Source: Promethearchaeota archaeon
Lineage (GTDB): Archaea; Asgardarchaeota; Heimdallarchaeia; Hodarchaeales; Hodarchaeaceae
DNA length: 64,000 nt
Direction: 5' to 3'
Assembly (NCBI GenBank): GCA_048938105.1
Contig: JBHLMN010000001.1
Location: 32,001-96,000, forward strand
A program made the position numbers and the translations under genes. Positions within the stretch are counted from its first letter, which is position 1; every line of letters begins with the position of its first letter. Positions 37,986 to 46,677 of the stretch are shown one piece after another. Under the pieces are notes generated by a model, which had not been told where the DNA came from, did no database searches, and saw nothing but the letters and a program-made list of their open reading frames with translations.

Positions 37986-38190
37986 CGTAGTTAATAAATT
38001 CTCATGTGAACCGCCACCAGCTAAAGCAAGGGGCTTCCTACGAGTTCGCCGAACCCCTTATCAACAAGATGAGGGGAAACTTTCGTTTTACCATTGACTG
38101 TATATCGTAGATTATCAATCCGATTTATGAAGTACTGATAACCCGTCCACAGGGCATTGTGTGAGAGAAATCGCTTCATTATGTTGATCG
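37986..38190 (-). ncRNA. Putative TnpB omegaRNA/reRNA (scaffold over the tnpB 3' end and right end, guide from the flank); 5' boundary approximate
   Basis: Known TnpB architecture plus the right-end hairpin ending in TTCAC; predicted guide ATGAGAATTTATTAACTACG (38005-37986). Confidence 0.55.
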
Positions 38191-39325
38191 CAGAGTTTTT
38201 GTCGCGATCACGGACGATTCCACACACCTCACAGTGATAGATGCGTTCAGAAAGAAGCATCCTCTCTTTTATATGACCACAGACAGCACAGGTTTTGGTT
38301 GTATCCCGTTCATCAATTACTGTTACTCTTTTACCTAACTTTTTCGCTTTATAGGTCAGTAATTCGATAAAGCGACCTAGATGGCCAGTGTTGTGGACAC
38401 CACGATTAATACTCCTCTGATACTTCTTCTTCTCCCTCTTAATCATTCCATTTTTCTTGCCAGTCATTTGTTTAGGTGAGAGATCACCCGCGATAATGGT
38501 ATTGGCTTTGGTATTTTGTAAGAGGTTGATACTTTGCTTATGTTGCCAGTCCCTCGTTTGGTTTCGACATTTCCGTGTGATGGTCGCTAACCGTTGACTG
38601 AACAATCGGTGTCTGCGACTCCCCTGTTTGCAGTGATCTCTTCTCCGCTGCAAAGAGCGAATCTTCGGTTCCCAATATTTGTCGGGACGCTTGACCGTTG
38701 ATTCGAGAAATTTTCCATGTAGATTAATGGCCGTATGTTTAGTCGTACCAAGATCAAACGCTTGGTATAATCCATTGTCAATGAAAGGGGGATCCTCGTG
38801 GTCAAACGTAACTGCTAAGTAGAACTGCTTGTCATAGTGATCTTGAAAGATCTCAATCTGTTTAATGACGTAAGTAGAAAAGTCAAACGGGACTGGAAAG
38901 ATTAATTCTGTCTCACTCGGATGTTTGTGAGAGAATCGTATAGTCTGCTTCGTTATTTTAAAACCTGATTGATTGTAACATAATGTGAAAAAATAATCCT
39001 TGCCTCGGAAGGTTGGTGGCCGAACAGTATGATCTCCGCTCTTTAGTAACCCAAAAAATGATTTATACGCCGCGTCCAGCTTTTTAAGCGTCATTTGGAG
39101 GACTTTGGAGTAGACCTGGTTGTACCTAGGGAACAGCTTCTTTACTTGTGGTAAGGCGTTCTGCTGCTCTCTATAAGTAACACAATGGCTGTAGGTATCA
39201 TAAAGATATTTTCTTTCTGTTAGTGCATGGTTGTACAGTAGTCGACACGTCTCTGATAATTCCCGTAGTACCTCCTCCTGTTGTGGTGTAGGAATGACTG
39301 TGAACTTCCTTGTGAGAGTTACCAT
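38021..39325 (-). CDS. tnpB: RNA-guided endonuclease TnpB
   Basis: N-terminal PTPQQEEVL...CRLLYNHAL; RuvC-I AFDLG; Zn finger CAVC...CEVC; RuvC-III DRDKNSAINI. Confidence 0.93.
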   Translation of the reverse strand: MVTLTRKFTVIPTPQQEEVLRELSETCRLLYNHALTERKYLYDTYSHCVTYREQQNALPQVKKLFPRYNQVYSKVLQMTLKKLDAAYKSFFGLLKSGDHTVRPPTFRGKDYFFTLCYNQSGFKITKQTIRFSHKHPSETELIFPVPFDFSTYVIKQIEIFQDHYDKQFYLAVTFDHEDPPFIDNGLYQAFDLGTTKHTAINLHGKFLESTVKRPDKYWEPKIRSLQRRRDHCKQGSRRHRLFSQRLATITRKCRNQTRDWQHKQSINLLQNTKANTIIAGDLSPKQMTGKKNGMIKREKKKYQRSINRGVHNTGHLGRFIELLTYKAKKLGKRVTVIDERDTTKTCAVCGHIKERMLLSERIYHCEVCGIVRDRDKNSAINIMKRFLSHNALWTGYQYFINRIDNLRYTVNGKTKVSPHLVDKGFGELVGSPLL

Positions 39326-39356
39326 GTAATTAACCTGAGATATTTTTTGTCCAATA

Positions 39357-39366
39357 CTTTATATAA
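39357..39366 (-). promoter_or_regulatory. TATA box for tnpB (probably a near-leaderless transcript)
   Basis: TTATATAAAG about 30 nt upstream of the tnpB ATG. Confidence 0.5.
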
Positions 39367-39653
39367 GCCTTCTTAACCACTTTTTCCAACTTAAGTAGCA
39401 ATTATTTCTCCTTTTGACCTTTCTGTTCCTATTATTCCTTCTTTCCCCTTTTCATTGTCTTTGAGGTAATATTTACCTCACTGTTCATCCCCCATATGAA
39501 TAAAAGGGGACTTCTCGTGAAGCTAGGTTAAATTTGTCATGGTCTTTTAACTACTATTTAATACAAAGAGATAAAAGTGCATTTCCTTAGTACTTTTACT
39601 TCAGATCACGAGAATTCAGTAGTAATCGCTGATCAATAAGGATATTTAATCAA

Positions 39654-40610
39654 ATGAACCACTACTCAAAGCTTCTAACACAGATTCCTCCTATTCTTCT
39701 ACCAAAAGAAATCACTTCTGCACGCATAATCGAAGATGGTTTAAACAATAAGAATATCCTCATTAACGATTCATGGTTAGTCAAGGAATATCAAATTACA
39801 GATGAAATAAATGATCCTATCTTTCTACGTTTTCTACGTGAGAAAGATAGCCTTTTGCTGCTTAAACACAACGCCCATGCTCCTCGACTATTGAAATATT
39901 ATGATGATGGAAAAAGGTTTTTCATTTCTCGTAAGTGGGTTGAAGGACAACCTTTCACTCACGATTTACTCATAAATAATATGGAACTTCTATCTAATGC
40001 TCTCATGTCTATTCACAGCTTAACGGAATCCACAGCTGGTGATTTCCATTACTATGATGTGATTAAACGATATCTTCTTGAATACAAAGGGATTGAACGG
40101 CAGTATCCTACCTCTCCCTCTCTGGAAACAGAGTTTTCACATTTTCCTTCGTATGAGAGAGTGAATCAATTTTTTAATGACCATATTCATCAACTTCAAA
40201 GTATGAAAACTGCTAAACCTGGTGTTCGAATTCATGGAGACCTTGTTTTCTCTAACATCATTTATTCGCAAAAAAATAATGAAATCGCTTTCATCGATTG
40301 GGAGTATTCAACCCTAGCGGATCCATGTATTGATTTAGCTTATCTTATAACTCAAAACCAGCTTCCACAAAAAACCCAACAAACTTTTGTTCAAAAATTT
40401 GAAGAACAGCTGGGTGATCAAATCAATCCCAAGGTTTTGAAGTTCACTTGTAACTTAATGAATTTAATGTCTGGTTTATGGTATGTAATTCAAGCAGCGC
40501 GATTTAAATCAACATCTGTTTCCATTGTAGAGCCGCATCCCTCTTTTATCGAGTTCCTCTCTTTTGCCCAAGAAAGATTTCAAGCTCTGGATCTGGTTAA
40601 GGCTTTATAG
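39654..40610 (+). CDS. APH/choline-kinase-family phosphotransferase, candidate thiamine kinase (ThiK-like)
   Basis: GLNNKN, IHGDLVFSNII, FIDWEYS, DPCIDLAY; directly upstream of thiBPQ. Confidence 0.75.
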   Translation: MNHYSKLLTQIPPILLPKEITSARIIEDGLNNKNILINDSWLVKEYQITDEINDPIFLRFLREKDSLLLLKHNAHAPRLLKYYDDGKRFFISRKWVEGQPFTHDLLINNMELLSNALMSIHSLTESTAGDFHYYDVIKRYLLEYKGIERQYPTSPSLETEFSHFPSYERVNQFFNDHIHQLQSMKTAKPGVRIHGDLVFSNIIYSQKNNEIAFIDWEYSTLADPCIDLAYLITQNQLPQKTQQTFVQKFEEQLGDQINPKVLKFTCNLMNLMSGLWYVIQAARFKSTSVSIVEPHPSFIEFLSFAQERFQALDLVKAL

Positions 40611-40697
40611 GGCCCCTATATTATTAACCTATACTATTTAAATCTATGAAAGGAGGTTTCTTTGTTTTCAATAATCTTTCATAGAGGTTGTACGGAC

Positions 40698-41972
40698 ATG
40701 ATAAAAGATGTAATAAAACCAGTTCGTGGAATATTTCTGAAGTGGACCTTAATAGTTGTAGTTCTTATCGTTTCAGCCTCGCTCATCCTCGCTCAAGTCT
40801 CAATCGCTAGTGGTCATCTCAACTCGACCTATCAAACCCCTACTTTAACCATTTACACTTATGATTCCCTAATTAACTGGGGATTAAATGCTACTGATGC
40901 AAACCTTCGCGTCTTCGATGCTTTTGAAGACCAAGAAAATTGTATTATTGAACTAGAGTATTTTGATGATGCAAACTCTGTCCTTGCTAAGGCTGTAGCA
41001 GAAAAAGATTCGCCAAAAGCTGACATTATTATAGGAATTGACAATATATTGATTTACGAAGCGTTAACTCAAGGTATCCTCATTCCGTACGAGGCTTCTA
41101 CGCTGCCCGACCTTTCGGAAAGTGCTATCAATGGACTGGATCCTGACCATTATGTCACCCCTTACGATTATGGCCTTATTGCTATAATTTATCACAAACA
41201 TTTAGTGAATTCATCAAATGTACCAACCATTGACAATCTCAAACTTGACGATTTACTTGACCCCAAAGTAGCTCAAATGCTTGTTACCGAAGATCCAACA
41301 TTAAGCAGTACAGGTCTTGGTTTTCTTATGTGGACAATCGGAGTTTATGAAAAAGTCCTTGATAAAGACTGGGAACTTTGGTGGAACGATACAAGGAAGG
41401 ATATACAAGTAGAAGATAGTTGGGGGGACGCATTTGATGTTTTTTACACTCCTGCTGCTAATCGGCCAATGGTAGTGTCATACGGAACGGATCCTGCATA
41501 TGATTACCTTTTCTACGGAAAACCTTACAATACAACTTACATAGGAGCAACAGTTTCTCATGAAAATGGTTCGAAGTACGGCTGGTTACAAATTGAAGGT
41601 TTAGGTATTTTAAAAGGAACTGAAAATCTTGTTTTAGCTCAAAAATTCATTGATTGGTTTACAGGAGTAACTGTACAAGAAATAATTCCTGAAACCAACT
41701 GGATGTATCCTGCTAATGAGCTTGCTAAACTTCCAGAGAGCTATAATTATGCAATTGATCCTACAACTGTTACACCACTGAATGATTTTTTCACCCCTGA
41801 TGAACTAAAAAAGTCTTTAGATGAATGGCTAGATATTTGGGAACAAGTAATGATCTTAGGTTATACCATAGCTGAATCAACACCATTTCCTCCGAGTTTA
41901 TTCATCCTGATCCCAATGATTCTCATTGTTATTCGAAGAAGGCTAAAGAGAAAAGTTAATCTTTCTGTTTGA
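40698..41972 (+). CDS. thiB: Thiamine ABC transporter substrate-binding protein with C-terminal membrane anchor
   Basis: LTIYTYDS, PKADIIIGIDN, PYDYG, DPTLSSTGLGF, MVVSYGTDPAY, QIEG, NWMYP; the ORF track starts at TTG 40662. Confidence 0.88.
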   Translation: MIKDVIKPVRGIFLKWTLIVVVLIVSASLILAQVSIASGHLNSTYQTPTLTIYTYDSLINWGLNATDANLRVFDAFEDQENCIIELEYFDDANSVLAKAVAEKDSPKADIIIGIDNILIYEALTQGILIPYEASTLPDLSESAINGLDPDHYVTPYDYGLIAIIYHKHLVNSSNVPTIDNLKLDDLLDPKVAQMLVTEDPTLSSTGLGFLMWTIGVYEKVLDKDWELWWNDTRKDIQVEDSWGDAFDVFYTPAANRPMVVSYGTDPAYDYLFYGKPYNTTYIGATVSHENGSKYGWLQIEGLGILKGTENLVLAQKFIDWFTGVTVQEIIPETNWMYPANELAKLPESYNYAIDPTTVTPLNDFFTPDELKKSLDEWLDIWEQVMILGYTIAESTPFPPSLFILIPMILIVIRRRLKRKVNLSV

Positions 41973-43930
41973 ACATTGTGAAGGTAGCATATGTGGTTCA
42001 AGTACTCCAGAGTGAAACATCAAAACAACAGATCATTAATAAATCATTCAACGCAATTTTATTGACTCCTTTGCTAATCTCTCTTTTGTTCTTCTACATT
42101 CCCCTTATTTTTATTTTAATTGATGCAGTTACATCTACTTCAGGTGTATTTACTTTTGAATTCATGAGAGATGCGTTAATAGATCCATTGAATCTATACT
42201 TTATCCAATTTACTATTAATCAAGCTATTATCAGTTCAATTATAACAGTAATTATTGGATTACCTGGTGCCTACATCTTTGCTAAGTACCAATTTACAGG
42301 GGATAAATCTTTAAAAACTATTTTAACTGTACCGTTTGTATTACCACCAATTGTCGTTGTACTAGGTTTTGTTTTACTAATCGGGCCAAATGGAATTATC
42401 AACTCTTTTTTAATGACATCTTTTAACTTAGAGAGTCCTCCAATCCATTTATATAAAACATTCGATGGAATAATACTCGTCCATGCTTTTTACAATGTCC
42501 CTATTGTTTTACATCTAGTATCTAGCGCTTGGGCAAAGGCAAATGTGGATATGGAAGAGGTGGCAACTACTCTTGGAAGTCGAAAACTCCACTTCTTTCG
42601 TTATGTAACCTTCCCCCAAATTAGCTCAGCTATTCTAGTTAGTGGAATCCTCACTTTTCTCTACTGCTTCACTTCTTTTGCAGTTGTTCTATCTTTGGGA
42701 GGAATTCAATTTAAAACATTAGAGGTACAGATTTACTCTCTATTTCACTATCGATATGATTATCATCAAGCTGCTGCATTAGCGTTATTTCAATTATTCA
42801 TTACCTCTATTCTCATTATTTCATACCTTTATTTTTCTGAACCTGTTTTCAAACGTGAAAGATTTCCAGTATTTTTCTCGGCAATTTGGATTAAAATTCT
42901 ACAATGTTTAATTTTGGGGGGAATAGTTCTGTTTTTTCTTTATTTCCGTGTCAATATTATACTGATATTCTTACTTGGACTTATTGGAGGGGGATTTTGG
43001 AAATATGGCAGAACTACACCTTTAACCATTGGAGAAATCCGAGAGAGATCAAAAACGAAATTAAAAGGCCTTCTTTCTCATGATAAGTTCCATTTCTGTA
43101 TAATAGTCATCTATATCACTTCTATAACCATTTTTCTTCTTTCCCCCATCGTTATAATCTTTTTCTCTGCTTTTTATGATCGCATGACTAATAATTGGAA
43201 CATTGAAGCGATTTTCAGTCTTTTAGGCTTCAGACTAAATGAAGCTGGTTTAGTGTGGGCTCCAAAGTCAAATCCTGCTTTAGGGGCAAACACATCTGCA
43301 ATTAATTTAATCTTCAATTCAGTGCTTTTTGCTTTCATCACATTAATTTTATCAGCTTTTTTTGGAGTTGTTTCGATTTATGTAGTCAGAAGATCAGAAT
43401 TTCTAGGACAGCACCATTTCATAGCTCTGATCATTTCGTGGTCTCTAATTCTTCCATTAGTAACTTCTTCTATTACCATTGGCCTAGGAATGCTCCGAGC
43501 TTTTGGATTTATCCGAATTTCCTCTCAAGATGCATGGATACCCATCATACTCGCTCATCTTATTGCTGCTTATCCTTTTGTATCACGTACAGTCAGTACT
43601 GCGTATAATAAAATTGATTTCAGCTTGATTGAAATTGGAAAAACATTGGGAGCCTCTAGGTGGTATATTTTCCGAAATATTGAATTCCCGATAATTTCAT
43701 CTGGTATCTTAGCTGGAGCGACTTTCGCACTCGCTATTAGTCTTGGGGAATTTGGAGCTACATATTTTATTGCTCGTTCAGAATTCACAACGATGACGAT
43801 TGGAATCTATAAATTCTTAAATCTAAGACAATTACAAAATTCTGCAATAATGGCTTCAATTTTAATCTTAGTTTGTATTATTGCCTTTCTCCTTGTCCAA
43901 AAACTTGGTGAAGACGAATTCCATTTTTAG
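41969..43930 (+). CDS. thiP: Thiamine/iron-type ABC transporter permease (duplicated TM domain)
   Basis: PFVLPPIVVVLGF, HAFYNVP, EAA-like EEVATTLG and EIGKTLGA, SLGEFGAT; overlaps the thiB stop. Confidence 0.85.
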   Translation: MNIVKVAYVVQVLQSETSKQQIINKSFNAILLTPLLISLLFFYIPLIFILIDAVTSTSGVFTFEFMRDALIDPLNLYFIQFTINQAIISSIITVIIGLPGAYIFAKYQFTGDKSLKTILTVPFVLPPIVVVLGFVLLIGPNGIINSFLMTSFNLESPPIHLYKTFDGIILVHAFYNVPIVLHLVSSAWAKANVDMEEVATTLGSRKLHFFRYVTFPQISSAILVSGILTFLYCFTSFAVVLSLGGIQFKTLEVQIYSLFHYRYDYHQAAALALFQLFITSILIISYLYFSEPVFKRERFPVFFSAIWIKILQCLILGGIVLFFLYFRVNIILIFLLGLIGGGFWKYGRTTPLTIGEIRERSKTKLKGLLSHDKFHFCIIVIYITSITIFLLSPIVIIFFSAFYDRMTNNWNIEAIFSLLGFRLNEAGLVWAPKSNPALGANTSAINLIFNSVLFAFITLILSAFFGVVSIYVVRRSEFLGQHHFIALIISWSLILPLVTSSITIGLGMLRAFGFIRISSQDAWIPIILAHLIAAYPFVSRTVSTAYNKIDFSLIEIGKTLGASRWYIFRNIEFPIISSGILAGATFALAISLGEFGATYFIARSEFTTMTIGIYKFLNLRQLQNSAIMASILILVCIIAFLLVQKLGEDEFHF

Positions 43931-43951
43931 AATTGGAGTTTGAGAAGAATT

Positions 43952-45016
43952 ATGGCTTTCCTCGAAATTAAAAATCTTTCTAAGAAATTTGAGGATGTAA
44001 TCGCTGTTGATTCAGTTAGTTTTTCAATTGCAGAAGGGGAGATATTAGGAATTCTTGGGCCATCTGGATGTGGTAAAACAACCATCTTGAAGGCTATTCT
44101 GGGTTTGATAACTCCAACAAACGGGGACATTCGTCTTAAGGGTGAATCTATTGTAAAAGTTCCGCCCGAATTGCGTAATTTTGGATATATTCCGCAGAAT
44201 TTGGCTTTATTTCCTCATTTAACCGTTTTTGAGAATATAGCTTTTGGATTAAGGGCAAAAAAGTGGAAAAAACCAGAAATAATTGCTAAAACAAAATCCT
44301 TGTTGAAAATGCTAGAATTAGAAAATCTAGAATCAAAACTACCCTATGAAATAAGTGGAGGCCAACAACAAAGAGTAGCTCTTGCACGAGCTCTTGCTCC
44401 AGAACCAGCATTATTATTGATGGATGAACCTCTGACTTCATTAGACACCACATTGTCCTTTCATCTGCGTTGGGAAATTAGGAAAATCCTCAAAACCACC
44501 ACAACAACTGCTATTTTTGTTACTCATAATCCTGAGGAGGCTATCTCCATTTGTGATCACTTAGTTTTGATGGATGCTGGCCGAACCATTCAAATTATAT
44601 CCTCTAAAGATGTCTTTGATTCTCCTACTTCTGTAAAAGCTATGCAAATTATGGGTAAATCCAACATATTTCCTATTATTAAACATACAAAGGATCAAAA
44701 TGGAAGAGATGTGGTAATGACATCGCTAGGTTTGCTTCCTCGTCCAAAGTTTACACTAGAAAAACCGATTTTAGGGTGTTGGATCCCTGAAGCAGATATT
44801 GGGTTTCAAAACTTAAATAAAAACCAAAATGATCATCTAGATACTACAGGAGAGTTGTTAGGTATTATATGGGGCAGGACTAAACATCGACTCATTTTCC
44901 AATTACCAGACAACAACCAGATCGCAGTTCAAATACCCTCAAACTATCCTATCCTCCCAACCATTGGAGAAACCATTACTCTCATTATACCCTTAAGTAA
45001 AATCCGCTGGTTTTAA
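43952..45016 (+). CDS. thiQ: ABC transporter ATP-binding subunit
   Basis: Walker A GPSGCGKT, signature ISGGQQQR, Walker B LLLMDEP, VTH. Confidence 0.85.
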   Translation: MAFLEIKNLSKKFEDVIAVDSVSFSIAEGEILGILGPSGCGKTTILKAILGLITPTNGDIRLKGESIVKVPPELRNFGYIPQNLALFPHLTVFENIAFGLRAKKWKKPEIIAKTKSLLKMLELENLESKLPYEISGGQQQRVALARALAPEPALLLMDEPLTSLDTTLSFHLRWEIRKILKTTTTTAIFVTHNPEEAISICDHLVLMDAGRTIQIISSKDVFDSPTSVKAMQIMGKSNIFPIIKHTKDQNGRDVVMTSLGLLPRPKFTLEKPILGCWIPEADIGFQNLNKNQNDHLDTTGELLGIIWGRTKHRLIFQLPDNNQIAVQIPSNYPILPTIGETITLIIPLSKIRWF

Positions 45017-45084
45017 TTCATCTTTATTTCGTTTGTTTAGATCTATTTGGTTGATCCTTTTAAGCTTATATACGTATTAGCACG

Positions 45085-45342
45085 TTATAATTGATTATTA
45101 TTGTTTCCAAGGGATTCACTAATGATAAGTGTTATTGATTTCGTTATTCCTTCAATTGAACGAATTTTCTTAGTCATGAGGGTTCCTAATGCCTTAACTT
45201 TATCCGTCTGTACTTCAGCTACCAAATCATACTCACCAAATGTAATACGACATGACTTGACTTGGTCTATTTTATTTATTTCTTCTTTAACAGAATATTC
45301 CTTACCTGGAAATACACATAATAATACAACAGCGTCAACCAT
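45085..45342 (-). CDS. Stand-alone Lrp/AsnC ligand-binding (RAM) domain protein
   Basis: ITFGEYDLVAEV...KIRSIEGITKSITLI. Confidence 0.85.
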   Translation of the reverse strand: MVDAVVLLCVFPGKEYSVKEEINKIDQVKSCRITFGEYDLVAEVQTDKVKALGTLMTKKIRSIEGITKSITLIISESLGNNNNQL

Positions 45343-45618
45343 AAATCTCAGTCCTTTTTACCTACTTTTTTGACTTCAATAATGAGATTTCCTACTATTA
45401 CATGGTGATTTTCTTATGACTAACAGAAAAATTAGAAGTATTAAATCTGTTTGTGAATAATCTAAAACAAAAAAATGGAAAAACTTTTTAGTTTCTTGCG
45501 AAATTACTTAGCAGGAATCATAATTTTTGCTGAATCGAGGTTTAAACGAAGATCATTTTCGAATAGTCATTGATAGACCAATAATAATGAAAATTCTAAC
45601 AATAAATAACCAATAACC

Positions 45619-46326
45619 TTGACAAGAGGAATTATTGTGACATCCGTCCAAGAACTTTATCATCTACAAAACAGTCTTTCTCAGATTTTCGATAGAATCG
45701 GAATTACGCAGGAAATTCGAGAAAATTTTTCTCTAGACGAATTATCACGCCAAGAGCAAGAGCAATTAACTTTCCTGATTGAAAAATTCGAAGTTAGTCT
45801 CAAAGAAATCCGTCACTCACCCAATATCATAGAAGAAATAATTGATCAACGTTTGTTAATTCGTCTTGGGAATTATTACTATTGCCAAGGTGATCTATCT
45901 CAAGCCTTAGAACATTATGATTTAAGCAATCTAGTTGAAGAAAATGAGTGGGCGTACTTCAATTCAGCTAGAATCCTACAGATCAACGAACAGCTACGAC
46001 CTGCTTATGAAAAATATGATTTAGCAATAAAGCTCAAACCTGATTTTCCCCTGGCTCTCCGACATCAGGCTGAAATTTTAACTCATCAAGGTGATCATGA
46101 AGCAGCTCTGAAAAAATTACAAAAGTGCCAACAGCTTAATCCAAATGATCCTGAAACTAATAAGCTTTTAGCAAACTATTATATTGAGCATGGGGAGAAG
46201 GAAGAGGCGTTGATACGCCTTAAAGCCATACATCATCGCGATAAGGATGTTATAGAGAAGATTGAAGAACTAGAACGAAAGGAATCCTTCCTAAGTCGTA
46301 TTATCGGCCGATTCCGTAAAAAATAA
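45619..46326 (+). CDS. TPR-repeat protein
   Basis: LGNYYY...ALEHY, YDLAIKLKPDF, QLNPND...LANYY. Confidence 0.8.
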   Translation: MTRGIIVTSVQELYHLQNSLSQIFDRIGITQEIRENFSLDELSRQEQEQLTFLIEKFEVSLKEIRHSPNIIEEIIDQRLLIRLGNYYYCQGDLSQALEHYDLSNLVEENEWAYFNSARILQINEQLRPAYEKYDLAIKLKPDFPLALRHQAEILTHQGDHEAALKKLQKCQQLNPNDPETNKLLANYYIEHGEKEEALIRLKAIHHRDKDVIEKIEELERKESFLSRIIGRFRKK

Positions 46327-46382
46327 GAGTAAAATCTCATTCGGGACTATGTGAAACGAATGAAAGATGGGAATATGTCCTT

Positions 46383-46577
46383 ATGTCTCCCAAGCAAAAA
46401 GGCTCATTGCGGTTAAAACGAAAACATCGTCCCCGATTGAAACATAAAAAACCTGAATCGAAGGGTAGTGGAATCTCAAAAGGTGACGGAGTGCTTTTTC
46501 CTTCTACCAGGGTTCCCAATGGTATGAATAAAAAGACAGCAAAAAAGTTGAAAAAGGCAACACGTTACAAATATTAA
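46383..46577 (+). CDS. Small, highly basic protein
   Basis: 64 aa, very K/R-rich, co-oriented between the TPR and helicase genes. Confidence 0.5.
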   Translation: MSPKQKGSLRLKRKHRPRLKHKKPESKGSGISKGDGVLFPSTRVPNGMNKKTAKKLKKATRYKY

Positions 46578-46677
46578 GAATAATCATCTGAGAAATTATA
46601 TTCTATTTTTCCATTCAGCGTAGTATAGAATTCTGATTACCATTAAACTGACAACCTCTTCAATCTGAGGAAGCTTC

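Larger units (their letters stand above)
38006..39527 (-). mobile_element. IS200/IS605-family element carrying only tnpB (IS1341-like, non-autonomous)
   Basis: Minus strand: TTTAA then left end CCTAGCTTCACGAGAAGTCCCC...GGGGGATGAA (hairpin); right end GGAAGCCCCTTGCTTTAGCTGGTGGCGGTTCAC ending at 38006. Only ~200 bp separate the left end from tnpB, too short for tnpA. Confidence 0.8.

Noticed and set aside
39326-39527. tnpA transposase
   Set aside because: Only ~200 bp are available and no HUH/Y1 or serine recombinase ORF is present.
39530-40700. TPP riboswitch or a clear ThiR operator upstream of the thiamine genes
   Set aside because: No CUGAGA...CUGAU-type aptamer and no convincing palindrome were seen.
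46383-46577. Ribosomal protein eS30
   Set aside because: Lacks the AGKV[RK]..TPK core; the similarity is limited to GSL and basic composition.
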